Position numbers and translations under genes: made by a program. The notes under the pieces were generated by a model. The model worked only from the letters and a program-made list of their open reading frames with translations. It did not search any database and had not been told where the DNA came from. Positions 50,530 to 61,619 of a DNA stretch of 64,000 bases are shown here, piece by piece (the first letter of the stretch is position 1; every line of letters starts with the position of its first letter). This DNA is from Mobula hypostoma (lineage: Eukaryota). The DNA is taken from positions 73,038,001 through 73,102,000 of the forward strand of contig NC_086108.1 in NCBI RefSeq assembly GCF_963921235.1, read 5' to 3'.

Positions 50530-50920
50530 AAGTACAAGTCAGGATTGTAATGAAATGCTGTCAATATGTCTGAATGAATACAGTGCCAACAACTCTCAGG
50601 CCCAATAAAGGACAAAACAAGCCCCTCGACTGATATCTCAATAACCATCATAAATGACCATCCTCTCTACAACCAATGCACAGCAGCTGCAAGGTGTAAC
50701 ATATACAGAATGCAATGAGATTATTTGCCCATTCTACCTCCTACACCATCCTGAGAAATATAGCACTGTTCCCTTATTTTCTTTCTGATTAAATTTTGCA
50801 TTTCCACAGCCAAGAGTAATCCACTGTATATCAGGACTGTAATTCTAGAGGCAGCTCACCATCACCTTTACAAGGTCATTTAGTAGTTGACAATAAATAA
50901 TGGTTTAGCCAGCCACATTT
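50530..50920 (+). mobile_element. Ancient CR1-like LINE 3' end
   Basis: 'ggactgtaattctagaggcagctcaccatcacctttacaagg…caataaat…agccagccacat'; related antisense piece at about 46020-46500. Confidence 0.5.
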
Positions 50921-52419
50921 GGCTGCCAAAAATGGAAGCAAAAATGCCATATTTGGCTAAATGCTGCCTTAATATCAAAAGCATTCTATCTCACGTCACT
51001 AATGGAATTCAGCAATTTAATCTGTTTGGACCAAGGCTGCAATAAAGTCTGGAGCCAAGCAGTCCTGGCAGAACCCAGAAATCGGACATCAGTGAGCAAG
51101 CTAATTAGTGTGCCCTATTTGATTAAACTGCCAAGGACACTTTCCATCAGTTTACTAATGACTAGGAGTAGACTGAGTGGTCAGTACTTGAGTAGATTAG
51201 TTTCTTTTTGCTTTCTTTTTCGGAACAGGGCAATTTTAAATAGTGATAGGCTTTAACCAGTTTGTTCCAACGATATTGTAACTGTTTGAAACAAACTAGT
51301 TGAAAGGGCAACTAGTTCTAGAACTCAGGTCTTCTGTACTACATCTATAATGTTTGGAATGAATTGAATGAACTGAAGTTTGGCTTTTTAGATGGTGGGC
51401 CTCTCGGCTGGAAGTTAAGATCGATCATCCCACTTGGAACCACTTCCTGTAAATCTTGTTGCAAATGCTTTAGCCCTGATTTTGGCGCACTTATACTGGA
51501 CTCTGCTTTTGTAAGGCTGTGAATGCTCTAAGGAAACCCCTATTCCCAATATGTAAATTATTCACAGCCATTCATGACTAGATGTGCCTGCACTGAGGGC
51601 ATTAATCTGATCTGTTGCTAGTTAAAACCTATCATTATGGAAAACTGCGATCTCGTGTACGTGTTACAGCTGGGTTCAGCTAATTTGGACATTGATGGTG
51701 CTACCAGATACATTAAGTAATGGAAGCTGAAGTCCAGCACCCATAGTATGTTCTATACATTTGTTATTTTCAATGTCTCTTCCAAGTTCTGTTCAACAAG
51801 GGTGAGCACTTATACAGCAGCTGAAGAAGGACAATTAATGGTAATTAACAAGAAGCTTCTATACCCATTCTTGCCCAAATATTGCAAGTCATCATGACAT
51901 CAGGAATCGATGCTAAACACTCATGGGGCTTAGACCTACTGCCTGTACATCATTATGCTGTTGACCCTGGTGAACATGTCCTGTTGCTAGAATGCTCCTT
52001 GCAGGGATTGTAATTGCACATTGTATGCAAGATAGAATTCTGAAGATAATTACTTCAGACTGCTAATTGGCTAGTCTTTGAGACAGCAAGCAAATTAAAC
52101 AGTTTCCAGATGTTTGTGTGGTAGACATTGTAAGGTCAGCTGGATTGGAGGTGACTTTGCCAATTCAGTGGTCAGTGGTAGACTTCTCATCTGGTTTTAT
52201 TCTTTCCCTGCTTTGTGGTGGTTAGGGTACAACTGAACGGCTTCCTCTGCCACCTCAGAAGCCTGTAAGATAGCCACAATAGTGGGTCGGATGCCAGTAG
52301 GTCTGGCGATGAGGACGATCCATCAATTAATCCAATGCATGTGGCTCAGATGATAAAATTAGACACAATGTACAATTCCTTTTGCAGATAGAATTTGCAT
52401 AAGATACTGAGGAAATAAG

Positions 52420-52755
52420 ATTAGCTTTATTTAACACATGTATATTGGAAAATCAAAGCATACAGTGAAAAGTGTTGCTTGAATCAAATCAAACCAGCAA
52501 GGATTGTGCTGTGCAGCCCACAAATGTTGCCAGACTTCTGGCTTCAACATAGCATGGGCAGAATTCACTAACCCTAACTGTTTATCTTTGGAATGGGGAG
52601 GGAGGGGAACTGGAGACCGGAGCACACCGAGGAGACCCACACAATCACAGGTAGAATGTACAAATTCCTTACAGGCAGCAGCAGGAATTGAACTCTGATC
52701 AGTCATCGTTAACACTGTAAAGCGATGCACTAACCTCTACACCAACATGTCTCAT
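52420..52755 (-). mobile_element. V-SINE (tRNA head, V-domain, LINE-type tail)
   Basis: Minus strand: A-box-like tggtgtagaggttag, B-box-like gagttcaattcc, 'tttgtacattctacctgtgattgtgtgggtctcctcggtgtgctccgg', aataaa tail. Confidence 0.8.
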
Positions 52756-53127
52756 GTCAACCTGCAGAGGTGGCAGCTGATATAGCAAAAGAATGCCTGG
52801 TGCATTGGCTGGTCTGTTGCATAACCTGTGCATATTGTCAGGAAGGAAGGAAGAGATCAGTACCTTTTTTGTACCATGCCTTGTGGATCATGAAGCCTAT
52901 TTCTTCCAGCGTGGAAATTGTGGGCAATTCCACTGGAAAATTCAACTCTCTACAGCAACTACCAACATTTCAGCTTCTACTGTAGCATCTGCAGAGACAG
53001 CTTTGAAGTTTGGTTATACAAACTGATGGGGTTACAGTCAGCATGGTGAAGAAGGCATTTGACATGCTGGCTTTCATCGGTCAGACTTCTAAGTAGAGGA
53101 TCTGAGAAGTTTGGTTGCAATTATATA

Positions 53128-53470
53128 AGACCATAAAACATAGCAGCAGAATTAGATAATTCTGCCCATGGAATCTGCTCCACCATTTCATCATGGCTTA
53201 TTTATTATCCCTCTCAACACCATTCTCCTGGTTTCTCCCCATAACCTTTAATGCCCCTAGTAATCAGGAAACAATCAACCTCTACTTTAAATATACCCAA
53301 TGACTTCCCCTCTACAGCCATCTGTGGCACTGAATTCCACAGATTTACAACCATTTGGCAAAATAAATTCCTCCTCATCTCTGTTATAAGGGGATGTTGT
53401 TCTACTCTGAAGGTGACCTCTGGTCCTAGACTCTCCTGCTATAGGAAACATCTTCTCCACATCTATTCCT
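53128..53470 (-). mobile_element. CR1 3' end nested among older plus-strand CR1 pieces (53035-54240)
   Basis: DVEKMFPIAGESRTRGH; 3' UTR stem-loop and tail. Confidence 0.8.
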
Positions 53471-54324
53471 ATGAATAGAGAAGTATGTATACATTGATTG
53501 ATACCACAATTAGATGAGCTGTTCATGGTCAACAAAGGGAAATTTCTCTTTTCTTCTCCCTTTCCCTTCTCCTCTTGCTCACAAAAAACATCTGTACTTA
53601 GACACAGAAGGAAAGATCAGCATGCTTCCAGATGGTCGTAAGATAGACCACATTGCTGATCGTGTGGAAGGAAGTTTTATGCTGCACAGATATTGATGTG
53701 TTGGTAAAATGGGTGAAAAAATAGCAGATGGAGATGTATTTTTGGTATATGAATGAGGCTGGGACACGCACCATGAATGGCAGGGCCCTGGGGGGTATGA
53801 AGGAACAAAGGGACCTCAGATTACAAAGATCCTTGAAGATGGTGATACAGGTAAATAACTTGGTTAGGGAGCCATATAGGATCCTGCCCTTTAGGAGTTG
53901 AGGTACTGAATACAGAAAATAGGAGGTTTTGTGCTCTAATTTTATTCTGCTGGAGTACCGCACAGAGTTTAGGCTTAGAAAGGACATGATAGCACTGGAG
54001 AAGACGCAAAGGAGTTTCTCCAGGATGTTGCCTGGGAACAGTTCACTTATGAGGAGAGATTAGAGGAGATAGATCTGTTCTCCCTAGAGTGCAGGGGACA
54101 TGACTGAAGTATATAAAATTGCTACAGATATAGGCTGGACAGGTGGCAGGAAAATTTACCTATCTCAGACAACATCTTTAGGATACGAGGGAAGAGATTT
54201 AACCGTTCATTTATATCAAAGTATAGTTGGTATATGAAGAGGATATTCAACATCCAGGGCATGGAAAGTACCTGCAATTCACTGCCTCAGAGTGAGGTTG
54301 AAGCTGAGTCAGTAACAGCATGTA

Positions 54325-54525
54325 AGGATCAGAATCAGGCTTATTATTATCGGCATGGGTTGTGAAATTTGTTAACTTAACAGCAGCAGTTCCATGCAAT
54401 ACATAACATAGAAAAAAAAACAAAATAAAATAATAATAACAAATAAATAAATAAATCAACTACAGCATACATACATTGAATGGATTAAAATAGTGCAAAA
54501 AACAGAAATAATACATATTAAAAAA
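54325..54525 (-). mobile_element. Rex1/Babar-type 3' UTR
   Basis: Reverse complement matches 28120-28295. Confidence 0.7.
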
Positions 54526-54642
54526 GAAGTGGCTGGATGAGCACTGGAATCACTTAGACATAATAGACAATAGACAATAGGTGCAGGAGTAGGCCATTCG
54601 GCCCTTCGAACCAGCACCGCCATTCACTGTGATCATGGCTGA

Positions 54643-56391
54643 TCATCCACTATCAGTATCCAGTCCTGCCTTATCCCCATAACCTTCGATTCCGCTATCT
54701 TTAAGAGCTCTATCCATCTCTTTCTTGAAGGCATCCAGAGACTTGGCCTCCGCAGGCTTCTGGGGCAGAGCATTCCATATATCCACCACTCTCTGGGTGA
54801 AAAAGTTCTTCCTCAACTCCATTCTAAATGGCCTACCCCTAATTCTTAAACTGCGGCTTCTGGTTCTGGACTCACCCATCAGCGGGAACATGCTTCCTGC
54901 CTGCAGCATGTCCAATCCCTTAATAATCTTATATGTTGCAATAAGATCCCCTCTCAGCCTTCTAAATTCCAGAGTATATAAGCCTAGTCGCTCCAATCTT
55001 TCGACATATGACAGTCCCACCATCCCGGGAATTAACCTTGTGAACCTACGCTGCACTCCCTCAATAGCTAAAATGTCTTTCCTCAAATTTGGAGACCAAA
55101 ACTGCACACAGTACTCCAGGTGTGGTCTCACCAGGGCCCTGTACAGCTGCAGAAGGACCTCTTTGCTCTTATACTCAATTCCCCTTGTTATGAAGGCCAG
55201 CATACCATTAGCTTTTTTCACTGCCTGCTGTACTTGCATGCTTGCTTTCAGTGACTGATGTACAAGAAAACCTAGATCTCGTTGTGCTTCCCCTTTTCCT
55301 AACTTGACTCCATTTAGATAATAATCTGCCTTCCTGTTCTTACCACCAAAGTGGATAAGCTCACATTTATCCACATTAAACTGCATCTGCCATGCATCTG
55401 CCCACTCACCCAGCCCGTCCAAGTCACCATGCATTCTCATAACATCCTCCTCACATTTCACACTGCCTCCCAGCTTTGTGTCATCGGCAAATTTGCTAAT
55501 GTTACTTTTAGTTCCCTCATCTAAATCATTAATATATATTGTAAACAGCTGCAGTCCCAGCACCGAACCCTGCGGTACCCCATTGGTCACCGCCTGCCAT
55601 TCCGAAAGAGACCCGTTAATCGCTACTCTTTGTTTTCTGTCAGCCAGCAAATTTTCGATGCATGTCAGTACTCTGCCCCCAATACCACGTGACCTAATTT
55701 TGCTCACTAATCTCCTATGTGGGACTTTATCAAAGGCTTTCTGAAAGTCCATGTACACTGCATCCACTGGCTCTCCCTTGTCCATTTTCATAGTTACGTC
55801 CTCAAAAAATTCCAGAAGATTAGTCAAACACGATTTCCCCTTCGTAAATCCATGCTGACTTGGACCAATCCTGTTACTACTATCCAGATGTGTCGTAATT
55901 TCATCTTTTATAATTGACTCCAGCATCTTTCCCACCACTGACATCAGGCTAACCAGTCTATAATTCTCTGTTTTCTCTCTTCCTCCCTTCTTGAAGAGAG
56001 GGACAACATTAGCCACCCTCCAATCCACAGGAACTGATCCTGAATCTATAGAACATTGGAAAATGATTACCAATGCGTCCACGATTTCTAAAGCCACCTC
56101 CTTAAGTACGCTGGGATGCAGACCATCAGGTCCCAGGGACTCATCAGCCTTCAGACCCAACAGCCTATCCAACACCATTTCCTGCCTAATATATAATGCC
56201 TTTAATTCATCCATTACCCTAGGTCTTTTGGCCACTATTACATCTGGGAGATTGTTTGTGTCTTCCCTAGCGAAGACAGATCCAAAGTACCTGTTCAACT
56301 CATCTGCCATTTCCTTGTTCCCCATAATAAATTCACCCGCTTCTGTCTTCAAGGGCCCAATTTTGGTCTTAACTATTTTTTTCCTTTTCAC
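54643..56391 (-). CDS. CR1 ORF2 reverse transcriptase, 582 aa open (no true start; in-frame stop just upstream)
   Basis: GPDGLHP, WRVANVVPLFKKG, QHGFTKGKSCLTNL, DFQKAFDKVPH, GVPQGSVLG, KFADDTKL, RPHLEYCVQFWSP. Confidence 0.9.
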   Translation of the reverse strand: MKRKKIVKTKIGPLKTEAGEFIMGNKEMADELNRYFGSVFAREDTNNLPDVIVAKRPRVMDELKALYIRQEMVLDRLLGLKADESLGPDGLHPSVLKEVALEIVDALVIIFQCSIDSGSVPVDWRVANVVPLFKKGGREKTENYRLVSLMSVVGKMLESIIKDEITTHLDSSNRIGPSQHGFTKGKSCLTNLLEFFEDVTMKMDKGEPVDAVYMDFQKAFDKVPHRRLVSKIRSRGIGGRVLTCIENLLADRKQRVAINGSLSEWQAVTNGVPQGSVLGLQLFTIYINDLDEGTKSNISKFADDTKLGGSVKCEEDVMRMHGDLDGLGEWADAWQMQFNVDKCELIHFGGKNRKADYYLNGVKLGKGEAQRDLGFLVHQSLKASMQVQQAVKKANGMLAFITRGIEYKSKEVLLQLYRALVRPHLEYCVQFWSPNLRKDILAIEGVQRRFTRLIPGMVGLSYVERLERLGLYTLEFRRLRGDLIATYKIIKGLDMLQAGSMFPLMGESRTRSRSLRIRGRPFRMELRKNFFTQRVVDIWNALPQKPAEAKSLDAFKKEMDRALKDSGIEGYGDKAGLDTDSG

Positions 56392-56490
56392 ATACCGAAA
56401 AAAGCTTTTACTATCCTCCTTTACATTCTTGGCTAGTTTACCTTTGTGCCTAATTTTTTCTCTGCATATTGCCTTTTATGTTACCTTCTT

Positions 56491-56800
56491 ATGTCACAGT
56501 TTGAGGATAGAGGGGAAGCCTTTTAGGACCGAGATTAGGAAAAACTTCTTCACACAGAGAGTGGTGAATCTGTGGAATTCTCTGCCACAGGAAACAGATG
56601 AGGCCAGTTCATTGGCTATATTTAAGAGGGAGTTAGATATGGCCCTTGTGGCTACGGGGGTCAGGGGGTATGGAGGGAAGGCTGGGGCGGGGTTCTGAGT
56701 TGGATGATCAGCCATGATCATAATAAATGGCGGTGCAGGCTCGAAGGGCCGAATGGCCTACTCCTGCACCTATTTTCTATGTTTCTATGTTTCTATGTTT
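56491..56800 (+). mobile_element. Young CR1 family 3' end (copy 3)
   Basis: Near-identical to 62394-62692; (TTTCTATG)n tail; host sequence collinear on both sides. Confidence 0.92.
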
Positions 56801-57219
56801 CTGTTGCTCTTTAAAAGTTTCCCAATCCTCCGGCTTCCCACTCGTCTTTGCTATGTTATACTTCTTCTCTTTTATTTTTATGCTGTCCATTACTTCCCTT
56901 GTCAGCCATGGCCTCCCCTTACTCCCCTTAGGATCTTTCTTCCTCTTTGGAACGAACTGATCCTACACCTTCTGCATTATTCCCAGAAATGCTTGCCATT
57001 GCAGTTCCACTGTCATCCCTGCTAGGGTATTGTTGCATTGAACTTTGGCCAGCTCCTCCCTCATAGCACCATAGTTCCCTTTGTTCAACTGTAATACTGA
57101 CACTCCCGAGTTTCCCTTCTCCCTCTCAAATTGTAGATTAAAATTTATCATATTATGGTCACTACCTCCTAATGGCTCCTTTACCTCGAGGTCCCTGATC
57201 AAATCCGGTTTAAAGGAGA

Positions 57220-57940
57220 ATTCAAGAATAATTCAAGATTGTCTGACGTCCTTTCCAGTACACAAGTGTAAAGAAGAATGAAACAATTGTTACTCCATAT
57301 CTGATTCAATGCAAAGAAACACAATAAATATAAATACATAATATAGCTTATACACTAAGGCTGATTAAAGTAAAGTGACGCTAGATACAGAGTGTCTGTA
57401 CATAAGGTCACTCGGACAGGGAATGATAAAGTAGTGGTGGTGAGGGGTGTGGGGAGGTGAGTTGGTGGATGGAGGTGTTGTTCAGCCTTGAGGAAAGTAA
57501 ATGTTTTCTAGTCTGGTGGTCCTACTGTGGATGCTATTTAGCCTCCTATATGATGGGAATGGGATTAACAGTCAATAAGCAGGATGGGTGGGATCCTTCA
57601 TAATGTGACTGGCCCTTTTTGGTACCTTTCTGAATATATGCCCTTGATGACAGGTAGGCTGGTGTTGGTGATGCATTGGGCAGTTCTGACTACCCATCGG
57701 AGAGCCTTCCTGTCCGCCGCAGTACAGCTTCCGTGCCGAGCGGTGATGCAGCTTGTTCGGATGCTCTCTACTGCAGATCTGTAGAAGGACATGAGCATAA
57801 ATGTACATAGTCCAGCTCTCTTCAGCCTCCTCAGAAAGTTTAAGCGCTGGCGAGCATTCCTGATTGTGTAGAATGTGTTCTGGGATCACAACAGTACGTA
57901 ATGTTCTATGTGCATAGTCTACAGTTTCCACTGCTGTGGC
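57220..57940 (-). mobile_element. Rex1/Babar 3' part
   Basis: FYRSAVESI.TSCITA.HGSC.AADRKAL..VVRTAQ; tail (tcttgaa)n. Confidence 0.8.
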
Positions 57941-58020
57941 ATCAAAGTAAAGAGGGTGTGAGTGTTGCGAGTTCTCTTGAAGTCAGTAAGCAAGTACTGG
58001 CAGCAGCTGATGTAGATGAT

Positions 58021-58222
58021 AAACACAAGAGGTTCTGCAAATGCTGGAATCCAGAGCAACACGTACAAAGCTGCTCGAGTAACTCAGCATGTCAGGGAGC
58101 GTCTGTGAGGGGGAATAAACAGTTGACGTTTCAGGTTGAGACCACTCATGAAACGCCAACTGTTCGTTCCTCTTTACAGATGCTGCCTGACCTACTGAGT
58201 TCCCTCAGCATTTTCCATGTGT
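58021..58222. mobile_element. Miniature palindromic Penelope-like tail element folded back inside the hammerhead
   Basis: cagttgacgtttca / tgaaacgccaactg flank a 15-nt loop; the arms continue as the family tail. Confidence 0.75.
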
Positions 58223-58537
58223 CGATGCGGAGGAGTAAGGCTGAATTGGCTGATTCTATGCTATAATTCTATGAAAGCAGGGTCTGAGGTGATACAAAGC
58301 AGAGATTGTGCACCAGAAAGCAAGTCACCACAGGTCATGAGACTTATTTAACTGCCAATTGGTGAGCTACACCAGGTGACGAAGACAGCAGAATCTTTGC
58401 AGAGCTCACCAAGAGCAGCACTTTCATATTTTATGTGACCTTCATTATATGCTGGATACACACCCATGGGTTTACTCATTAAATCCAAACCCATGTCATC
58501 AGTGAATCACTCTTAGCAACCAATGGAACTTAGGGGT

Positions 58538-58732
58538 TTATCCTGATGACTGAAAACTTGACATAAAAGCAGACTGTAAGAGGGTAAACCCATCTGTGCC
58601 TGCAGCCGGGCTGTCATGCAGTCTGCACAGCAGCTGGAAACCCTTGGTCTTGTGCAGCCTCTCAGAGACGATATAGGCTACCTGCCAAATGACGTACAGG
58701 CGGTGAATGATATTCTGCAGCTTGGTGAACAC
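58538..58732 (-). other. Unique coding-like segment, possible exon of an unidentified host gene
   Basis: Stop-free frame VFTKLQNIIHRLYVIWQVAYIVSERLHKTKGFQLLCRLHDSPAAGTDG… with visibly G/C-rich third positions and retained CpGs; splice signals weak. Confidence 0.3.
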
Positions 58733-61619
58733 TACAATCCTAGTGAAGCTGTGCCTTTACACTGGCTGTGCTCCCTGGCAAGTTGCCCTTGATTAGAGAT
58801 AGGCTTGGTTTTTCTCCCCCCATATAAAACCTTGTAGTTCCCTCAGCTTGAGCCTGATGGAAACCAACGCATAAAAATGCTAAGCTATGGTAGGCCATAA
58901 TCAGGCTATGATAATCCATTGTTTGCCCTGGTCTCAGGATCTAGTGTTATGGGAACAGATGTCATAAGCACAAACCTATTGAAGTCTAAGCATCTCCCAC
59001 ACTTCTGTGCTGATGTGCAACCAAGTGAATTGTTCCATGTATATGATTGTTGGGTAGGAAAATATGGATTCATCTAATGTTCCAGTGCATAAGGTTTAAA
59101 GAAAATATGCTCTGATTTAAGTGCAACAATAGGTGTCAAATTAGCATGATGTATCACTTTCACTTGTAGTTCCTTATAGGAACTAATTTGGTTTCCACAC
59201 AGCGCAAAAACATGCTACAGAGCAGACTTTTGCATCACATGAATTGGAGTTGGAAGACTAAAGCTTTAAGTCAGTAGTCAGCATTGTATTATCTGAATAG
59301 GTCACACCAGTTTATCAATGCAAATCTGCAATTTTTACTATTAGGCTTCCATTACTCAACAACCATGACAACCTTGAAAAAATGAGCCTCAGGAGACTGA
59401 TGAACTCAAAGTTTGAATTATCAGTGCTTTCATATGCATTTCACTGCAGCATAATTTGGAATTAATGTGACAAATTAATGTTCTGAGGTGTAGTAGTAAA
59501 GTAGAAAAAGACACAAGTAAGCATAAGCTAATCTAATAAAATTGCTATCAAAAACGGTCAGCAAAACAACATTTATTTTAGCTTCTGATATTAATTTCTT
59601 ACATAACTGAGTTAAATACTTGTATTTTTAAACTATCCTTTGTTCTGCTATATCCTGTGCCACCAATTTTCAATATGAGTGGTAGAAAGATAGGAGATGG
59701 GGAGAAGGGAACTAATGAATACTAAAGCAATAATTATTTTGGAATTAATTATTTTCAGTTTGCACCGAGAATAAATCACATTGCCCTCAATATAATTATC
59801 AAATAGGCATTTTGCATAATACAAATTAAATGCTCATAATGAGAGCCTTAGTTGCATCCTTTGCAGGGATCCTTCTCAGCATGAGAAGTTAATTATGTTT
59901 ATACCAAATATACCTGATTTGCAAACACTTTAGCCTGAGAAAACAGATTTATTGCAAACAATGGCTTGGATCATCTGCAAAGCAAGGGTGAGTGGTCAAT
60001 TTATCAGCAGTGTGAGACCTCATTCACATTGGGTTCATGCTATTCAACATGTTCAGCGAGTGTCGTAGCACAGCTTGTCTAGTTTCATGGCAGAACCAAG
60101 CTGGCTAGCAGCTGCATTGAGCCTGTGTGAGAAAAGTGAAGTGTGAATGAATTGTGAAGTCTGTATGAGTGAGTGTGTGTATGAAGTTTGTATGGGGTTG
60201 GAAGTGTCAGCTGTGTAGTTGTTTGTGCCTGTAATGAGAAGGGTGTCTATCTGAATCATGTACAAGGGAAATATGTATTATATAAAATGTATGTGACAAC
60301 TTTTGAGTATTGCTTTATGGATAGAGAGACAAACTTATTGCATTTGGTAATTTCAGATGTATAATTCTATTCGGCATTTCTGATAAACAATGTGCATTAA
60401 TGCATATAACAGAGTGAAGTGCACAACTGGATGTGACAGTGATTCTAAAGGCCACCCAAATCAATCTTGTTAAATTCCACTGTCATTGTACTTGCCTAAA
60501 TCAAGGCCACCTTGCCAACCTCATATATATGATACTTATTTTTCACATGACGTGGATTCAAACAAAGTAAAAACATACATTTCTACATTTCTTTGGAATC
60601 AGCACTCCTGACAAAGCTTCCACTCCCATATCTCTAACCCCTCCTTCCAGTGCTCAACAACCCCGGAACATCAGAGCTCCCATGTGACAGCCCCAGAGAT
60701 TAGATTTCCCTATTGGACTTGGACAGTTTTCAAGTGTAAATTCATCAAGTTCCCTTGAAAATTTCGATACAAGCATTTGCTGGGTCTCTGCCCAATTTTG
60801 GTTATGTCTAACTCACACTGCAATGTTTTAGTGTGCAAGAAGCACCTCCCATTTCTTTTTAGAGGATGGATGGATGCAAGTTAAACTAAAATTGCACCTT
60901 TCTGCAGTTCTCTGACTGATATTGTTTTCTTTCTTTATTCATCTGAAGCAGCCTGTTAGGTTATGATTAAGGGATGGTTCCAACAGAGCAAGGTGATAGA
61001 TAATGGAAGGTGGAGTAAAATGGCCTGTGTATACATTCAAGGATGGTCTACTTAAGGGGGAGGAGATTATAGTAGGTTGACCTTACCGCAGAATTAAGAA
61101 GCACAAGGTGTTCAGGAAGAGGTTACGACACAGTCAGGCCCAATTACTGGAGGATGGAAAAGCCCACAGTGCTTTGAAATTCTAAACGTAATTAGTAGGC
61201 AAATGGGATTAGTTCAGAAATAACATTGTCAGAATGACCAATTACTCAGGGCGCAGGGATCGGTTACTGTGGTGGGAGTTTCTGGGAATTTTTTGCTGTA
61301 CTAGGGCTGCAAAAGCTGAAATGCTTGCTACTGACTCTACAAACTAGGAGGGGTTGGATTTCTGCTTTGCATTTTTACGTTTAAAAGTATCTAACTGAAA
61401 CAAGTCTACCCTAAGGCTCCCCAAATAATTAAAGCAAGAATGTATTTATTTAGCGATTCAGCGGAGAGTAGACACTTCTGACCCATTGTGCTGAGCTGTC
61501 CCAGCAACGTCTGACAGCTCCAATTTAACCCTAACTTAATCATGGGATAATTTCTATTGCTAATGATCCTACCTTTTACGGCTTTGGTCTAAGGCTTGAA
61601 ACTAGAGCAACAGGGCAAA

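Larger units (their letters stand above)
54556..57210 (-). mobile_element. Relatively young CR1 LINE, 5'-truncated at the end of the APE domain, split by a young CR1 tail
   Basis: EPLGGSDHNMI (APE end) to RT to 3' UTR stem-loop and (TATTGTC)n tail. Confidence 0.93.

Noticed and set aside
54643..56391. 582-aa RT ORF as an active or domesticated gene
   Set aside because: The element is 5'-truncated, interrupted by an insertion, and has an in-frame TAA just upstream; the open frame is explained by youth.
55991..56698. 235-aa plus-strand ORF that looks like a fusion
   Set aside because: Chance in-frame join of the antisense of one CR1 with the sense C-terminus of the nested CR1.
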